Below are positions 12,897 to 24,699 of a DNA stretch of 64,000 nucleotides, in pieces. Location: the NCBI GenBank assembly GCA_021613535.1, contig CP075494.1, positions 14,136,001 through 14,200,000 of the forward strand, given 5' to 3'. Numbering within the stretch: the stretch's first letter is position 1; each line of letters opens with the position of its first letter. The notes under the pieces were generated by a model. The model saw only the letters and a list, made by a program, of their open reading frames with translations. It searched no databases and was not told the origin of the DNA. The DNA is from Adineta vaga (Eukaryota; Animalia; Rotifera). The position numbers and the translations under genes are program-made.

Positions 12897-15800
12897 ATGA
12901 CTGAAACCATGATTGTTGATCAACCAAATCCAATAATGTCAGGTGAGTGTCATACACTTCTCTTATTCGTATATAAATTTCGTCTGCTTATTAAAAATAC
13001 TTACTTTTTTTTCGAATTGGCTTATTGATATAACAAAAAAAACTCGGTTTTGTTTTTTTCTCTTTTCCTTTCCGTGTTGCAGAAGAACATTTATATCAAT
13101 CGTGTGAGTTTCCATCCATCTACATTCAATCATCGACGACGAAAAAAGAAATGTTATTATTTGTTCTTTGTTCTCTTTTTTTCTCTCCCTATTTTAGGTA
13201 TTCAGCAATAATCCACTTATCATTAAGAAAAACGGATATATTCTTCTTTTTTTTGAAACATAATCGTTTGTTTGTTTTTCTCTTTCTCTCTGTCCCTGTT
13301 TCAGCTACAAGAATCGAACATTTCATTTGGATGCCTGATCGTCTAAAATTCTCCATTGTAGAAGTCTGTAAGATAAACTATTTCTTTGTATTTTATAGAA
13401 AATCTTACTGAATTACAAACAACAAATGGTGTTGAAAAGAAAAAATATTCGAAAGAAAATGTTCCACGTTTACCGCGTGAACTTACACCATTTGCACCAT
13501 TTTCAGCTCCAATTGAACTTGATCAACGTGGTCCATTGTTCAAAGGACCAGGATCAAAACGAGATACAGGACGTTATAAAGTTCGATCAGCTGATGATGA
13601 AAATGTTAAACGAGCGAAAAAATTTGCGATGGAACAAAGTGTGAAATATGTTTTGATGAAACAACAACAACATCAACAACGAACACAATTGGATATTCTG
13701 AAAAAACAACAAGCACTATTATTAATGTGTCGGTAAGCAAATTATTTTTATAGGAATTACTTTTTCTTACGACAGAAATAATCGAAAGATTTAAATATTC
13801 TTTCTGTTTAGAATCTATATTGGAAGTATTAATTTTGAATTGAATGAAGCAATGCTTAAACAAGCTTTTCAACCATTTGGTCCAGTTAAAGCTGTTTCGT
13901 TGACATTCGATCCAGTTACAAATCGTCATAAAGGTTTTGCCTTTCTTGAATATGAAATACCCGAAGCAGCACAATTGTCCATTGAACAAATGAATGGAGT
14001 TATTCTAGGTGGAAGAAATATCAAAGTAAATTAGATTAATTTTCTTTTTCTTTTCAAATCATTCAATGAATTCTTCTTCATAAGGTGGGTCGACCATCGA
14101 ATATGCCACAAGCACAACCAATTATTGATCAATTAACAGAAGAAGCAAAAAATTATAATCGAATTTATATTGCTTCAATTCATCCAGATTTATCAGAAAC
14201 TGATATTCAAAGTGTTTTTGAAGCTTTTGGTAAGATTCATGAAAAAAAACAAAAGAACAGAATTGATTGAATGATGTATCTGATCTTTCGTGTTCTTCTT
14301 CTTCTCTAGGTGAAATCAAAAGTTGTGCTTTATCAAAAGATACAGCGACAAGTAAACATAAGTAAGACAGGTTGTTTTTTAATTATCGATAACGAATTTA
14401 ATGTATAATTGTTCAGAGGTTATGGCTTTATTGAATATGGTACTGTTCAAGCGGCACAAGACGCAATTAGTGCGATGAATTTATTTGATCTTGGTGGTAC
14501 GTTTTTGATTTCGTTGAGTAAAATGTTTTTTTAAGTTCGCTTGGATTCGATATAGGTCAACATCTTCGAGTAGGAAAAGCAATTACACCACCTGAAGGCT
14601 TGTTTGCATCAGCACAGCCAATAGCAAGTCCAATGCCAACAGCGACTGCATTAGCTGTTGCAACTATTACAGCTCAATTACAAGCAAAAGATGTCGAAAC
14701 AAATCCACAACCAACAGTGGTATGTAACATTCATTGTTACCCTATAAACTACTTTCTAAAATGATTTTCTTTTAGGTTGCTTCACAATTGATCACTAATC
14801 CATTAGCTCAAGTTAGTTTTGCTACTGGTCCTATTGCACCAACAACGGTTGCTGCAGCTCTTTCTGCTGCTTCGTTTTCAGGCGCAACAGCTGTAACATC
14901 AAGTAGAAGGAGAAAATATACCTTTTAAATATAAGAATGTCTCTTCTCAATTCATTTTTAGTGATTTCTAATATCATTAATCCAACTGCAGTTATGTCAA
15001 GTTCTATTCCTCAACCAACACTTGTTGCTTCACCTACAATTCGTCCGAAGTAAACTATTTCAATCTAGATCAAATAAAACTCTATTCGATTCTATTTTTA
15101 GTTTTCCTATAGCAACTGGCTCTTCTCCATCACTAGTACAACCAATACCAATTTCTTCTCCTCAACGTAAGACATCCTGTCATTCCTATCGAAGAAATAA
15201 GTTCTTTTTTTTAGTTATTATTCCACCTCCACCAACCCTATTGGAAGAACCACCAATTCCTGTAGGATTAAAAACAGCTTTAGAATCATCACCTCAACAA
15301 CAACAACAGCAGCAGCAGCAGCAGCAGCAATATGCATCGATTGCACTGGTTTTACCAAGCGATAAAACTGATACAAATGTTACTAAAAAAGCAGCATTAG
15401 ATTTACAAAATGCTGAAGATCCTTCAACAACTTTATCTCAACAGGAAGAACTTAGTGTTAAAGGTAGACTATGGAATGTCATTTTCTTTCCACTAATCAT
15501 CTTCGTGAATTTCAGGTCGTGAACAAAGACACTTATTAATGCAAAAATTAAATCAACGTCGACTTGATTCACGTGTTTGTGTATTGAAAAATATGGTTGG
15601 TCCAGATGATGTTGATGATGATTTACAACAAGATGTTACAGGTAGAATTTAATCAGTAGATTAGATGAAAAATCTCGTTTTTCATCTTTTGTAGATGAAT
15701 GCTCGAAATATGGTGAAGTTGTTAAAGTAGTAATCTATACTGAACAACAAGGCGAAGATGACAATGCTGAACAGATTGTCAAAATCTTTGTTGAATTTCG

Positions 15801-15974
15801 GACTAGTAAACGTAAGTAATATGAATTATATTCTGATAATGATATTCAAATTCTCGATTTTTAGAAGCAGAAAAAACGGTCGAATCTCTCAATGGTCGAT
15901 ATTTTGCTGGTCGAGTAATTAAAGCTGAAATGTATGATCAAACAGCTTATCAAACAGATGATCTTTCTGGTTAA
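12897..15974 (+). CDS. PUF60: Poly(U)-binding splicing factor PUF60/half-pint (RRM-RRM-UHM)
   Basis: [72 protein letters not shown] and the [16 protein letters not shown] ending. Confidence 0.95.
15295..15330 (+). repeat. CAA/CAG repeat encoding Q12 in the PUF60 linker
   Basis: caacaacaacaacagcagcagcagcagcagcagcaa. Confidence 0.85.
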
Positions 15975-16117
15975 TCGATTTTGTTTTGTTTTTGTATATT
16001 CTACTTTGTCTTGTGTCGTATAACAAATAAACAAAATGCTAAACACATAATATGTTCATGTGACATTTCTTCTACTTCTTTTTTCCAGATAAAAGAAAAA
16101 CTAAACAAAGAACAGTA

Positions 16118-17461
16118 ATGAGATTCTCTCCTGTACTTCGTTTTCTTACATCGAATGGATTTTATGTTCATATAAAAAATACAACACCAAATTGGCAACC
16201 TTTATTAAGTGAAGGAGAGAAGATTATCGGTTATCCATCATCATTACGTTCATTAGTTAATCTGAAATATCTTTTCAATGAAGAAGTATCAACATTAATT
16301 GGATATCTAAGAAAATTAGTTGGTACACAACATCCTCTACTTAAACTTGCAACGAATATGTTAGAAAGTCCACCAAAAGCTGCTCATTCAAGATCAGTTC
16401 TACTCTTATTAATATCAAAAGCAGCTGGAATTCCTCAGAAAAATTATCAAGCAGATATGATTAAACATGGTATTCATGAACATCAACGACAATTAGCAGA
16501 ATTGATTGAAATGAGTAATTACTTCTTCATTTATATGTAGAATTTATTTTATTTGGACGTGATGTTTTGTTTTTCTTAAATTTTAGTTCACTTAGGAATT
16601 CTTGGTCATCGAGGTAAGGAAAAAAAAGTTATTTATTCATTGAAATAGAAATGATTTTCTTCGTATAGGTATTGTAGATTTAAAAGAAAATCAATCAGAT
16701 TTAGAACAAGGCAATAAAATAGCTGTGCTAGGTGGTGATTATCTTCTCTCACAAGCTTGTGGTAAATTAGCTGAATTTCGTAAACCACAAGTAAAATTTA
16801 GAAAGAATGTTTTCACTTGTATTTTGTACTTATTGAATCATTTGTATTAGGTTGTTGAAACTATTGGTAATGCAATTGCTGAACTATCTAAAGCAGATTT
16901 TTATTTAAAAGATAAACAATCACTTACATCATTAACAGAATGGTATCAATTAACTGCACTGTAAGTCAGATTTTTGATTAATACTCAATAAAGAATAGAA
17001 GTTTTACATATAATACATATCATTTTAGTTCTGTCGCAAATCTCGTTGCATCCGGTTGTCGTGCTTCTCTTCAATTAGTTGATCATTCATCTTCATTTCA
17101 AGATCAAGCATATTATTTATGTCGTCATATGATATTTTCTTGTATCATGTATAATGAAATCTCTCAATATTCATCATTACTTCCTAAAGATTCATCATCT
17201 TTAACTCTATATGGAACTGTACCAATCAATCGTTCTTTTCCTTTTTCTCTCATGAAAAAATCTAGTAATGAATCAGTTGCTTCAGAAGAATTAAATGATC
17301 AACAACTACTTGATCAATGTCGTGAACAATGCTTAAAAGAAAGCAATAAAGCATTAATCTTACTTCAAACAAATTTCGATCAACAATCTCCAGCTACTAC
17401 TCTTCTACGTTCAATCATTCAACGAATACAAGATGGTCTCGTTTCAAAAACAGTGATTTAA
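16118..17461 (+). CDS. PDSS2: Decaprenyl-diphosphate synthase subunit 2-like (includes a 27-nt microexon, 16587-16613)
   Basis: EGEKIIGYPSS, LRKLVGTQHPLL, QRQLAELIEMIHLGILGHRGIVDL and GNKIAVLGGDYLL; DDxxD motifs are absent, as in PDSS2. Confidence 0.85.
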
Positions 17462-18675
17462 TTGTGTGTGTGTGTGTGTTTTGTTTGAAACAAAAATTTT
17501 TGGAATTAATAGGTATATATTTACAAGTTTTTCATGATAATTTTTATCTTGAACAAGGATGTGGACGAGTATTTAGGTATGATAAAAGAAAAGACGTCCA
17601 CATCCTCAAGACGAATTAAGCGATACTTGGATAGAAAAAAAAACGTAGATTTGATTATTTTCAAGAGAATTTAATAGTAACTTATATTTATTCGAAGAAG
17701 AATAGTTTATAACAACTGAATCGATTGATGTATTATGTTACATAGTTTATCGAAATGTTAAACCAAGAAAATGGTCGTTATACAACAAAAGTATATGATC
17801 AGATGAACAAATACTTTTATAATTACATTTCATCTATTTTTGATGACAATAATGAACAGTTGATCTAATAACATTCTGTAATATTCATATATGAGAATTG
17901 TAAATATGTTCAAGGTTGGTGAGATGTTTATTTTTTCGTACAGGAAAACTCAAGTGGCTATTCATTTGTAAATCTTGTTACAATAATTGAATTTCTAATT
18001 CTTTTTTCTTCGTGAATATTAATTTGATTTTTAACTGCAATAGGAATTACAGGATTTATCTTATCATTAAATCAGATAATAGAATGAATAGACAATTTCC
18101 TTTTCTTTTCAATGGAAATGAATTCTTGTTTTTCTTCAGATCTATTTATAAATATTATTAGAAAACAGTCTTATATTGCTTGAGCAATTGTATGAAATTT
18201 TCAAGGTGAAATCTAATTGATAACGAAACAATGCTTTGTATTGAATTTCTTGTTAAAATCGTCGTTTTTTTTTCCAAAGAAAGAAGAATTCGAAAATGAT
18301 ACTTCTAATATGTTTGGTACTCGATCAGTGTGAACAGGTGAAAAGAAAAGAAATTTGGTTATGTCATCGAGGAATGAAGAGAAGGAGAATGTAAGCAGGA
18401 AAAAAAAGAAAACATCTTGTTCTCCTTTCATCTGTTATCGGACACAAGCCAAGTTTCAAGAATAGAAGTATTGAATGTTAATCGATACGAAAGAAAAAGA
18501 GAAAGTTCGATTTCATTGCTCATTGTATTTATGATAAAAGACATAAGGTGGGAAGCAATATTAGGTCTTTAAAACTGTACGAACATATAAAAAGGTATCA
18601 TCAATCATCATTATGAATCGATTTATTTTGTTCTTTGTATGTTCTGTTCGTATATTTAGGTAGTTCATTATCAAA

Positions 18676-19625
18676 ATGTTGGAAATGAATCGTATTTATT
18701 TAACAGCTGGTTTAATCCTTGCTGTTTCAACTTTAATCTTTCATATGATTGCAATAGGATATCCACGATGGAAGTACGTTGTATTTTGAATGTAATGATA
18801 AATAAATAGTGACTTGTTTTTCTAAGACATTCGATTCGAGATGAGATCTTTCTTTATAAACAGAAATTCAAGGATAAAAGAAACTAATCTTTTTTATAGA
18901 ATCTATGAACATCGTCGAACTCCAAGTGAAACTCTTTTCATTGGTTTATTTCATCGTTGTGAAAGTCAACTGATTAACGTTGTTTCGGATACCAATAAAA
19001 TCTATTCAATTTGTAATGAGAATAAATATTTACCAACGAAAAGAAACTTCTCAACCATCATTAACAAATTAAAACCTAATGAAGTTCAACGTTTATGTAA
19101 TATTGCTGGAAATCCTTATCGTTGTGATTATTCTCCAACTACCAAAGGTCTTATATCCAGTACGATTATTTCTGCATGTTCAATGAGTTTCGTAATTATT
19201 TTAATCTATTCACATTTACTTATTAATCAATTTAAATACAAAACACATTTTGGTATTGCTATCATAACAATCTCATTTATATTTCTTGCTTTTATTTTTC
19301 TTCTTATAACATTGATTTTACTTGGTTCAACAATGGCTTATGAATTATTTGAATATCGTTATAATTTCAATGCTCGTTTAACTGAACGAAGTATGATTGG
19401 AAAGAAAATCATTTGTTTTGTTGTTTTTTTTGTCTTTGTCATTTAGAACAACGAAATTTAACCGATGGTTTTGAACAAAATATTCGCCAAACAGTTGCAA
19501 GTGATTATGATATTCGTTTAGATTGGTCAGCAGGTTTAGAAATTATCTCCTTAATTCTCTCAAGTTTTACATTAGTTACACAAATACTCTATCTATTTTC
19601 TACATATCGAAATCGTATTGGATAG
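18676..19625 (+). CDS. Claudin/PMP22-like tetraspan membrane protein
   Basis: TM1 followed by YPRW..IGLFHRC, further cysteines, three more hydrophobic segments and LDWSAGL before TM4; introns near 18774-18899 and 19392-19447. Confidence 0.72.
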
Positions 19626-19726
19626 AAAAATAAAAATAACAGTGTGATTTGAATTTACTTTTTATTCGTATTCTTTCACATTAGTCTCTCTCCTCTTTTT
19701 TTTTATATAAAGAATATATATATATA

Positions 19727-21723
19727 TTAATTTCCTTGAAGACGATGAAGTACTGATGCATCAGGTTTCCATACGCCAGCAAATGGTTTTGTCGATCGAT
19801 TATCTAAATAGATAGAATGCGTGTTTCTTTTTTTTTGTTTGTTTGATTGAATTTTGTCATTACCATCTTTATTCTTATTGATATTCGTTGATTTTTGTGA
19901 ACTATTATCATTTTCTTTATGTAAATCAATATTAGGAATGAATTCCTCGGCATTTTCTTTTCAAAATAGAAACATGAATTAAATGAAAATGAATTGAAAA
20001 ATATTTACTATTATTATTATCATCATTGGCTTGTGGATGACGTTTACCATAGGATGTTTGTTTAACGATTAATTTTAAAGCATTTTCTAAACGTGATTGT
20101 TTAGTTTGTAATTCGGTGATTTGTTTTTTTGATTCCTCTTCTTGACGATTTAATTTCGTTTGTAATTCTCGAATTCGACGTGTTTTAAGGTCATCATCAT
20201 CTTCATTTGTATAGAATTCGTTGTTTTTCGTTGAAGAATAGGTTGTTTCATCATTATCATTTAATTGAAAAGAATCAAAACGTTGTTGTGGTTGTTGTTG
20301 TTGTTGAGTTGGAAGAGATCGACTGCCTTGTGTTTGTTTGGATGGTTTTTTCGCATTGTTATTAGAAGATGGTGATTGAGATCGTGGAGAATCCTGATCA
20401 AGTTGAATGGTTTCAATTTGTTCTTCATGATTATCTTTATCATTGGAAAAATCATTTCGATTATTTGATGTAATTGCTTCTAATGATGCACTTGGACTTT
20501 GATTATAATTCGGATAGGATAATTGATATGTTGTTGTATTTATTAATGGTAAAGTGGACTGTTGTTTCAAAGCAGACGCAATTAATGCATCATCATGTGA
20601 TTCTTCATGAATTGGATGTAAAGAACGGTTAAGAGAATCTTTGACATATTTTTGTGATGCATGTTTTTCTTCTTTCTTTTGTCTGAATTCGAAAGAAAAG
20701 TAAAATAAAATGATATCATTCAATTCAATTCAAGTTACTTTTCGACAAAATTTGTGAATGAATCGAGATCAACCGGTTGTTGTGATTGATTTGATGTACG
20801 TTCAGATTCTTTTAAACCTCGTAGTGCAGAATTAATCATTGTACGTGCTTGTTCTTTTTCTATAAATAGAAAAATAAAAGAAAACACTTCAACTAAGAAG
20901 AGTTGAACACCTACCAGCTGGAGTAGCTGATATGAGCCAAGATTGTACATCTTCCAAATTACTTGTACCAAGCAATTGACAAAGTACTTGTAGCATCTAA
21001 TCGAAAATCGTTTTGTCCTTATTCTTGAATAACAATAAAAGATGAAATTGGTTTGTTACTTACCCACATTTCTCTTTCATTTTCCGGTACATTGAATAAT
21101 GTATCTGAAAATGCTGTTGAATGTTTAGAACCTGTACGTCCTCTTGATTTTGCTGTTCCTTCATTGAATCGACCTGTTCGTGTTGAATAATGTGCACCGG
21201 AACGTGAAGCATTTTGAGAATTCGCTGTTGCTGTTTGTTTATTATAAGCTTTTCGATCTTCTTTTTCTATTCCAAGACCACTTGAACTAGCTAATGCAGC
21301 CAATTCTTGTTTCCAATGTTCAGTATCATGAACTATTATTAGTATATAACTTATTTAAATAATATAAACATCAATAAATCTTACCAATGCCATGAGTATT
21401 CCAAAAACCCATGGGTGGAACTAATCGTTCAACACGACGTGATGATTCCATACTAGGTAAATTTGCTCGATTGAAATTAAGTGAGTTAGTAGATGCAGAA
21501 CGAATAAGTGCTGGATCATCATTAACATTACAAATCAATGCACCATTCAATCCTAGAATGAAAACAATTTTAACAACAATCTTTCATCTTGCAATTTTGT
21601 AAATATACCTTCGATATGGCGAACACGTTTTGGATTCGCTGTATTTCGAGTGAAAAACATATTGGATGAAAGTTTTCCAAAACGAGAACCACTACGCGAT
21701 TGTGTGTCTTCAAAAAGTGCCAT
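19727..21723 (-). CDS. TBATA: TBATA/SPATIAL family protein (multi-exon)
   Basis: RFGKLSSNMFFTRNTANPKRVRHIEGLNGALICNVND, EHWKQELAALAS, YSTRTGRF and MLQVLCQLLGT..VQSWL...EKE match recalled SPATIAL-family motifs; C-terminal coiled coil. Confidence 0.75.
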
Positions 21724-22297
21724 GTCTAAATCAAATCAATTAGCGTCAAATGACAAATCAATTTATGCGTACATACTGATTATGTTGATTGAAAGAAGAA
21801 AAATAGAGCTTTTCTCTTTTTTTATAATATGTTCTACTTGTTGTTAAAGACGATGAAAACGAAATGCCAGATAGACGACGTAACGATTCTCTTCAAAAGA
21901 GAAAATTGTGTATGTCAACAAAACAAATCCGAAAAGAGAAATCGAAACAATTATCAAAAGAACATAACAACGCATACTTTAGTATGCTTCTGTCATTTAA
22001 ACCTTTCATATTAAAATTAAAGAGGGAGAAGAAAAAGAAAACTGGAATAACGACGTTCGAGATAGGAAACCATGTTTTTTAATTTGAAAATATCTTCAAT
22101 ACACATAAGATTCAATTATATCTTTTACATAAAATAAAAATCATTGAACTAAAGATATTCAATCTCGCTCTCTCTTTCTCTCTCTCTACCTCCTTCTTCT
22201 TGTTTAACGACAGAGAGAACACACTTAACGAAGGAGAGAGCATTTGAAAGTTTGTTGTTATTTTTTTAAATTGTTCGCCGTCTATTTACCTACCAAC

Positions 22298-22310
22298 ATC
22301 TCATAGCAAC
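22298..22310. promoter_or_regulatory. RFX X-box-like element (ATCTCATAGCAAC) upstream of the TBATA-like gene
   Basis: Matches the X-box with a strong TAGCAAC half-site; an ATTGACAAC half-site follows immediately. Confidence 0.5.
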
Positions 22311-23001
22311 ATTGACAACGGTGTGTCTTTTTTTTATATTCTACCACTTTCCTTTTTTTTTTTGAAAATTTGAAGAAAACAGAAAAACAATTTTGTCAAT
22401 GACTTGTATATGAATATGAGTAAATGCTTTTCTTTTCATTGCTAACGATTAATACTGTTGAAGTTAGAATTGATTGATTTAGCTTGAATAAACGAAATAA
22501 TAATGAATGTATTATACACGTGTCCAGGAAGTCTTCGGGAAGGAAAGTACCTTAACGGAAAGCGTTTTTTTTTCCTTCGCTTCTGAGAATTATGATGTTG
22601 TCAGTTTGTACGTCTCCAGGTATTTGAAGTCGGTTGATAAGATATCAATCTATTCTCAAGATACAATATATAATTACCGAAGGATAAGAGATGTTTTCAA
22701 TCTGTCGTTCTTTTCTTCTTTTATATTTTACTTGGAGCTAGTCTCGAATGGATTAACAAGTAGTGCGTAATAATAGAGTTTTGTCGATTGGAAAAGCAAA
22801 AAAGAGAGAGAGAGAGGAAAAAAAGAAGAAGAGGGAAGAAAAGAGCATTTATAGAAACGAGAAAACCATCAACGACCGTGCTTGTCAATTTCGGTATGCG
22901 ACCGATTTACATACGGAGAAGATGAATCCTTAGAGATTTTCTCTCGTCTCGAACATTTTCTCTCTTTACTATCTTTTGTTCAGTCAATTCCAAATATTAT
23001 T

Positions 23002-24699
23002 ATGACTTATTCAACTGCTTTATTCAATGTTTTTCAAAGAATTGTTTTTCTCATACTTAATTTTTCGATCTTAATCTCCTTTGTAAATACTAATGAAGTC
23101 GAACTACGAACATTATTATTCAAAGAACGTTCCTATGATACAAAAGTTTGTCCGGAAAAAGGTTTTACAAAAGTTCATACGAATTTAATTTTTCTTCAAA
23201 TTGAAAGTGTTGATGAAAAAGCGCAGGTTAAATTCTTACTTTCTTGTTAATCTTTCTTTCGAAAATCTGTTCTTCTCTAGGTAGTAACAAGTAATATTCA
23301 ATTAACATGTGCATGGTGTGATCCATATATGACATGGAATGTTACTCGTTTTAATATTTCGGAATTATCTGTTGGTTCAGATCAATTATGGACACCCGAT
23401 GTTGTTGTTGTCAATTCAGCAGATGAGAAATATTCACGAAATCGAGAACATTATGCATTACTTCTTCGACATGACGGTAAATCTTTTCATTATTTGTTTT
23501 AATGTTCATTTGAAAGATTTTTCTCTGTAGGTTATGTTCGATTTATGTTTCAAGATTTATGGAAAACGATCTGTAAAGTTCGTGCAACTTATTTTCCATT
23601 TGATCGACAAGTATGCACAATAATTATTCGAAGTGGTTCTCATGATACTCATACAATAAAATTTATTCAACGACGTCCAATTGAAACTCATTCATTTATT
23701 CGTGGTGAATGGGAATTAGAAGCTTCATATACTGAAATCAATGATGAACGTGTTTCCGATTTTGATCATGTCGATTATAGTCTTGTACGTTTTACATTAG
23801 TATTAAAACGTAATCATGTTTATTATTTAATTAAAATTATTCTTCCATTTACACTTGTGTCATTTGTAACTTTATTTACATTCTTATTACCACCACAAAC
23901 AGGTGAAAAATTAACATTGAATGTGACTATTTTATTATCATTAGTTATCTATCTACAATTATTGACACAATATATTCCCAAATCTGACGATGAAACTCCG
24001 ATATTAACATTATTTTGTAATGCTAATTTCTTTCTTGTCTTTCTCTCTTGTATTATGACTGTTTATGTACTTTATTTATATCATCAACCATCTACATCAA
24101 ATATTGCCTGTGTACCATCACATATGAAAACTGTCTTATTGGATTATATAAGTCCATTAGTTTATTGTAATCTGAGTAAACAACGAAAACAACGTCAAAC
24201 AGTAAAAGAAGAATCGGAAGAAAAACGACCAAGACGATTGAGTAGTATTGAAAAAGGGATGTGTCATTTGTTTACTTTAACAACACCAGCTCGAACAGTC
24301 AATCAACAGGTAAAACAAAACGTTTCTTGTTTCTTTTTAATTTTTCTTCACCTTGGATTATTATTTTTTTGTTTTGTTAAGGCAATTGAATTATTGAAAC
24401 TACTACAACAAATTAAATTTCATATTCGTACACAATGGTTAATACCATTGAATATTCTTGATGAATATGAAACAAGTACTGATCTATCAAAATTTGATAA
24501 TCAACAACGTTTAGATGAATGGCAACATGTAGCATTAGTACTTGATCGACTTTTCTTTATATTATTTAGTATAGCCATGCCATGTACAGCATTGATATTC
24601 ATTTCTGCACATACAGCGACAAGAAATAATTTTCAAGGAAATTTTAGTAATTTCAAAATCGATGCTAAATGTGATCATTATTTACCGAAATTAACATAA
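23002..24699 (+). CDS. Cys-loop ligand-gated ion channel subunit, nAChR-like non-alpha (cation type)
   Basis: Signal peptide, WCDPYMTW, LWTPDVVVVNS, Cys-loop CKVRATYFPFDRQVC, GEK before M2 and WQHVALVLDRLFF at M4; no vicinal CC in loop C. Confidence 0.9.

Noticed and set aside
13019-13036. GGCTTATT resembling the start of the rotifer spliced leader as I recall it
   Set aside because: Only about 8 nt match, with no following donor or Sm site; not an SL RNA gene.
17965-18145. Minus-strand frame SEEKQEF...SII*FNDKINP...NE* with an internal TGA (possible Sec or pseudogene)
   Set aside because: No credible start, homology or SECIS; cannot be distinguished from AT-rich noncoding DNA.
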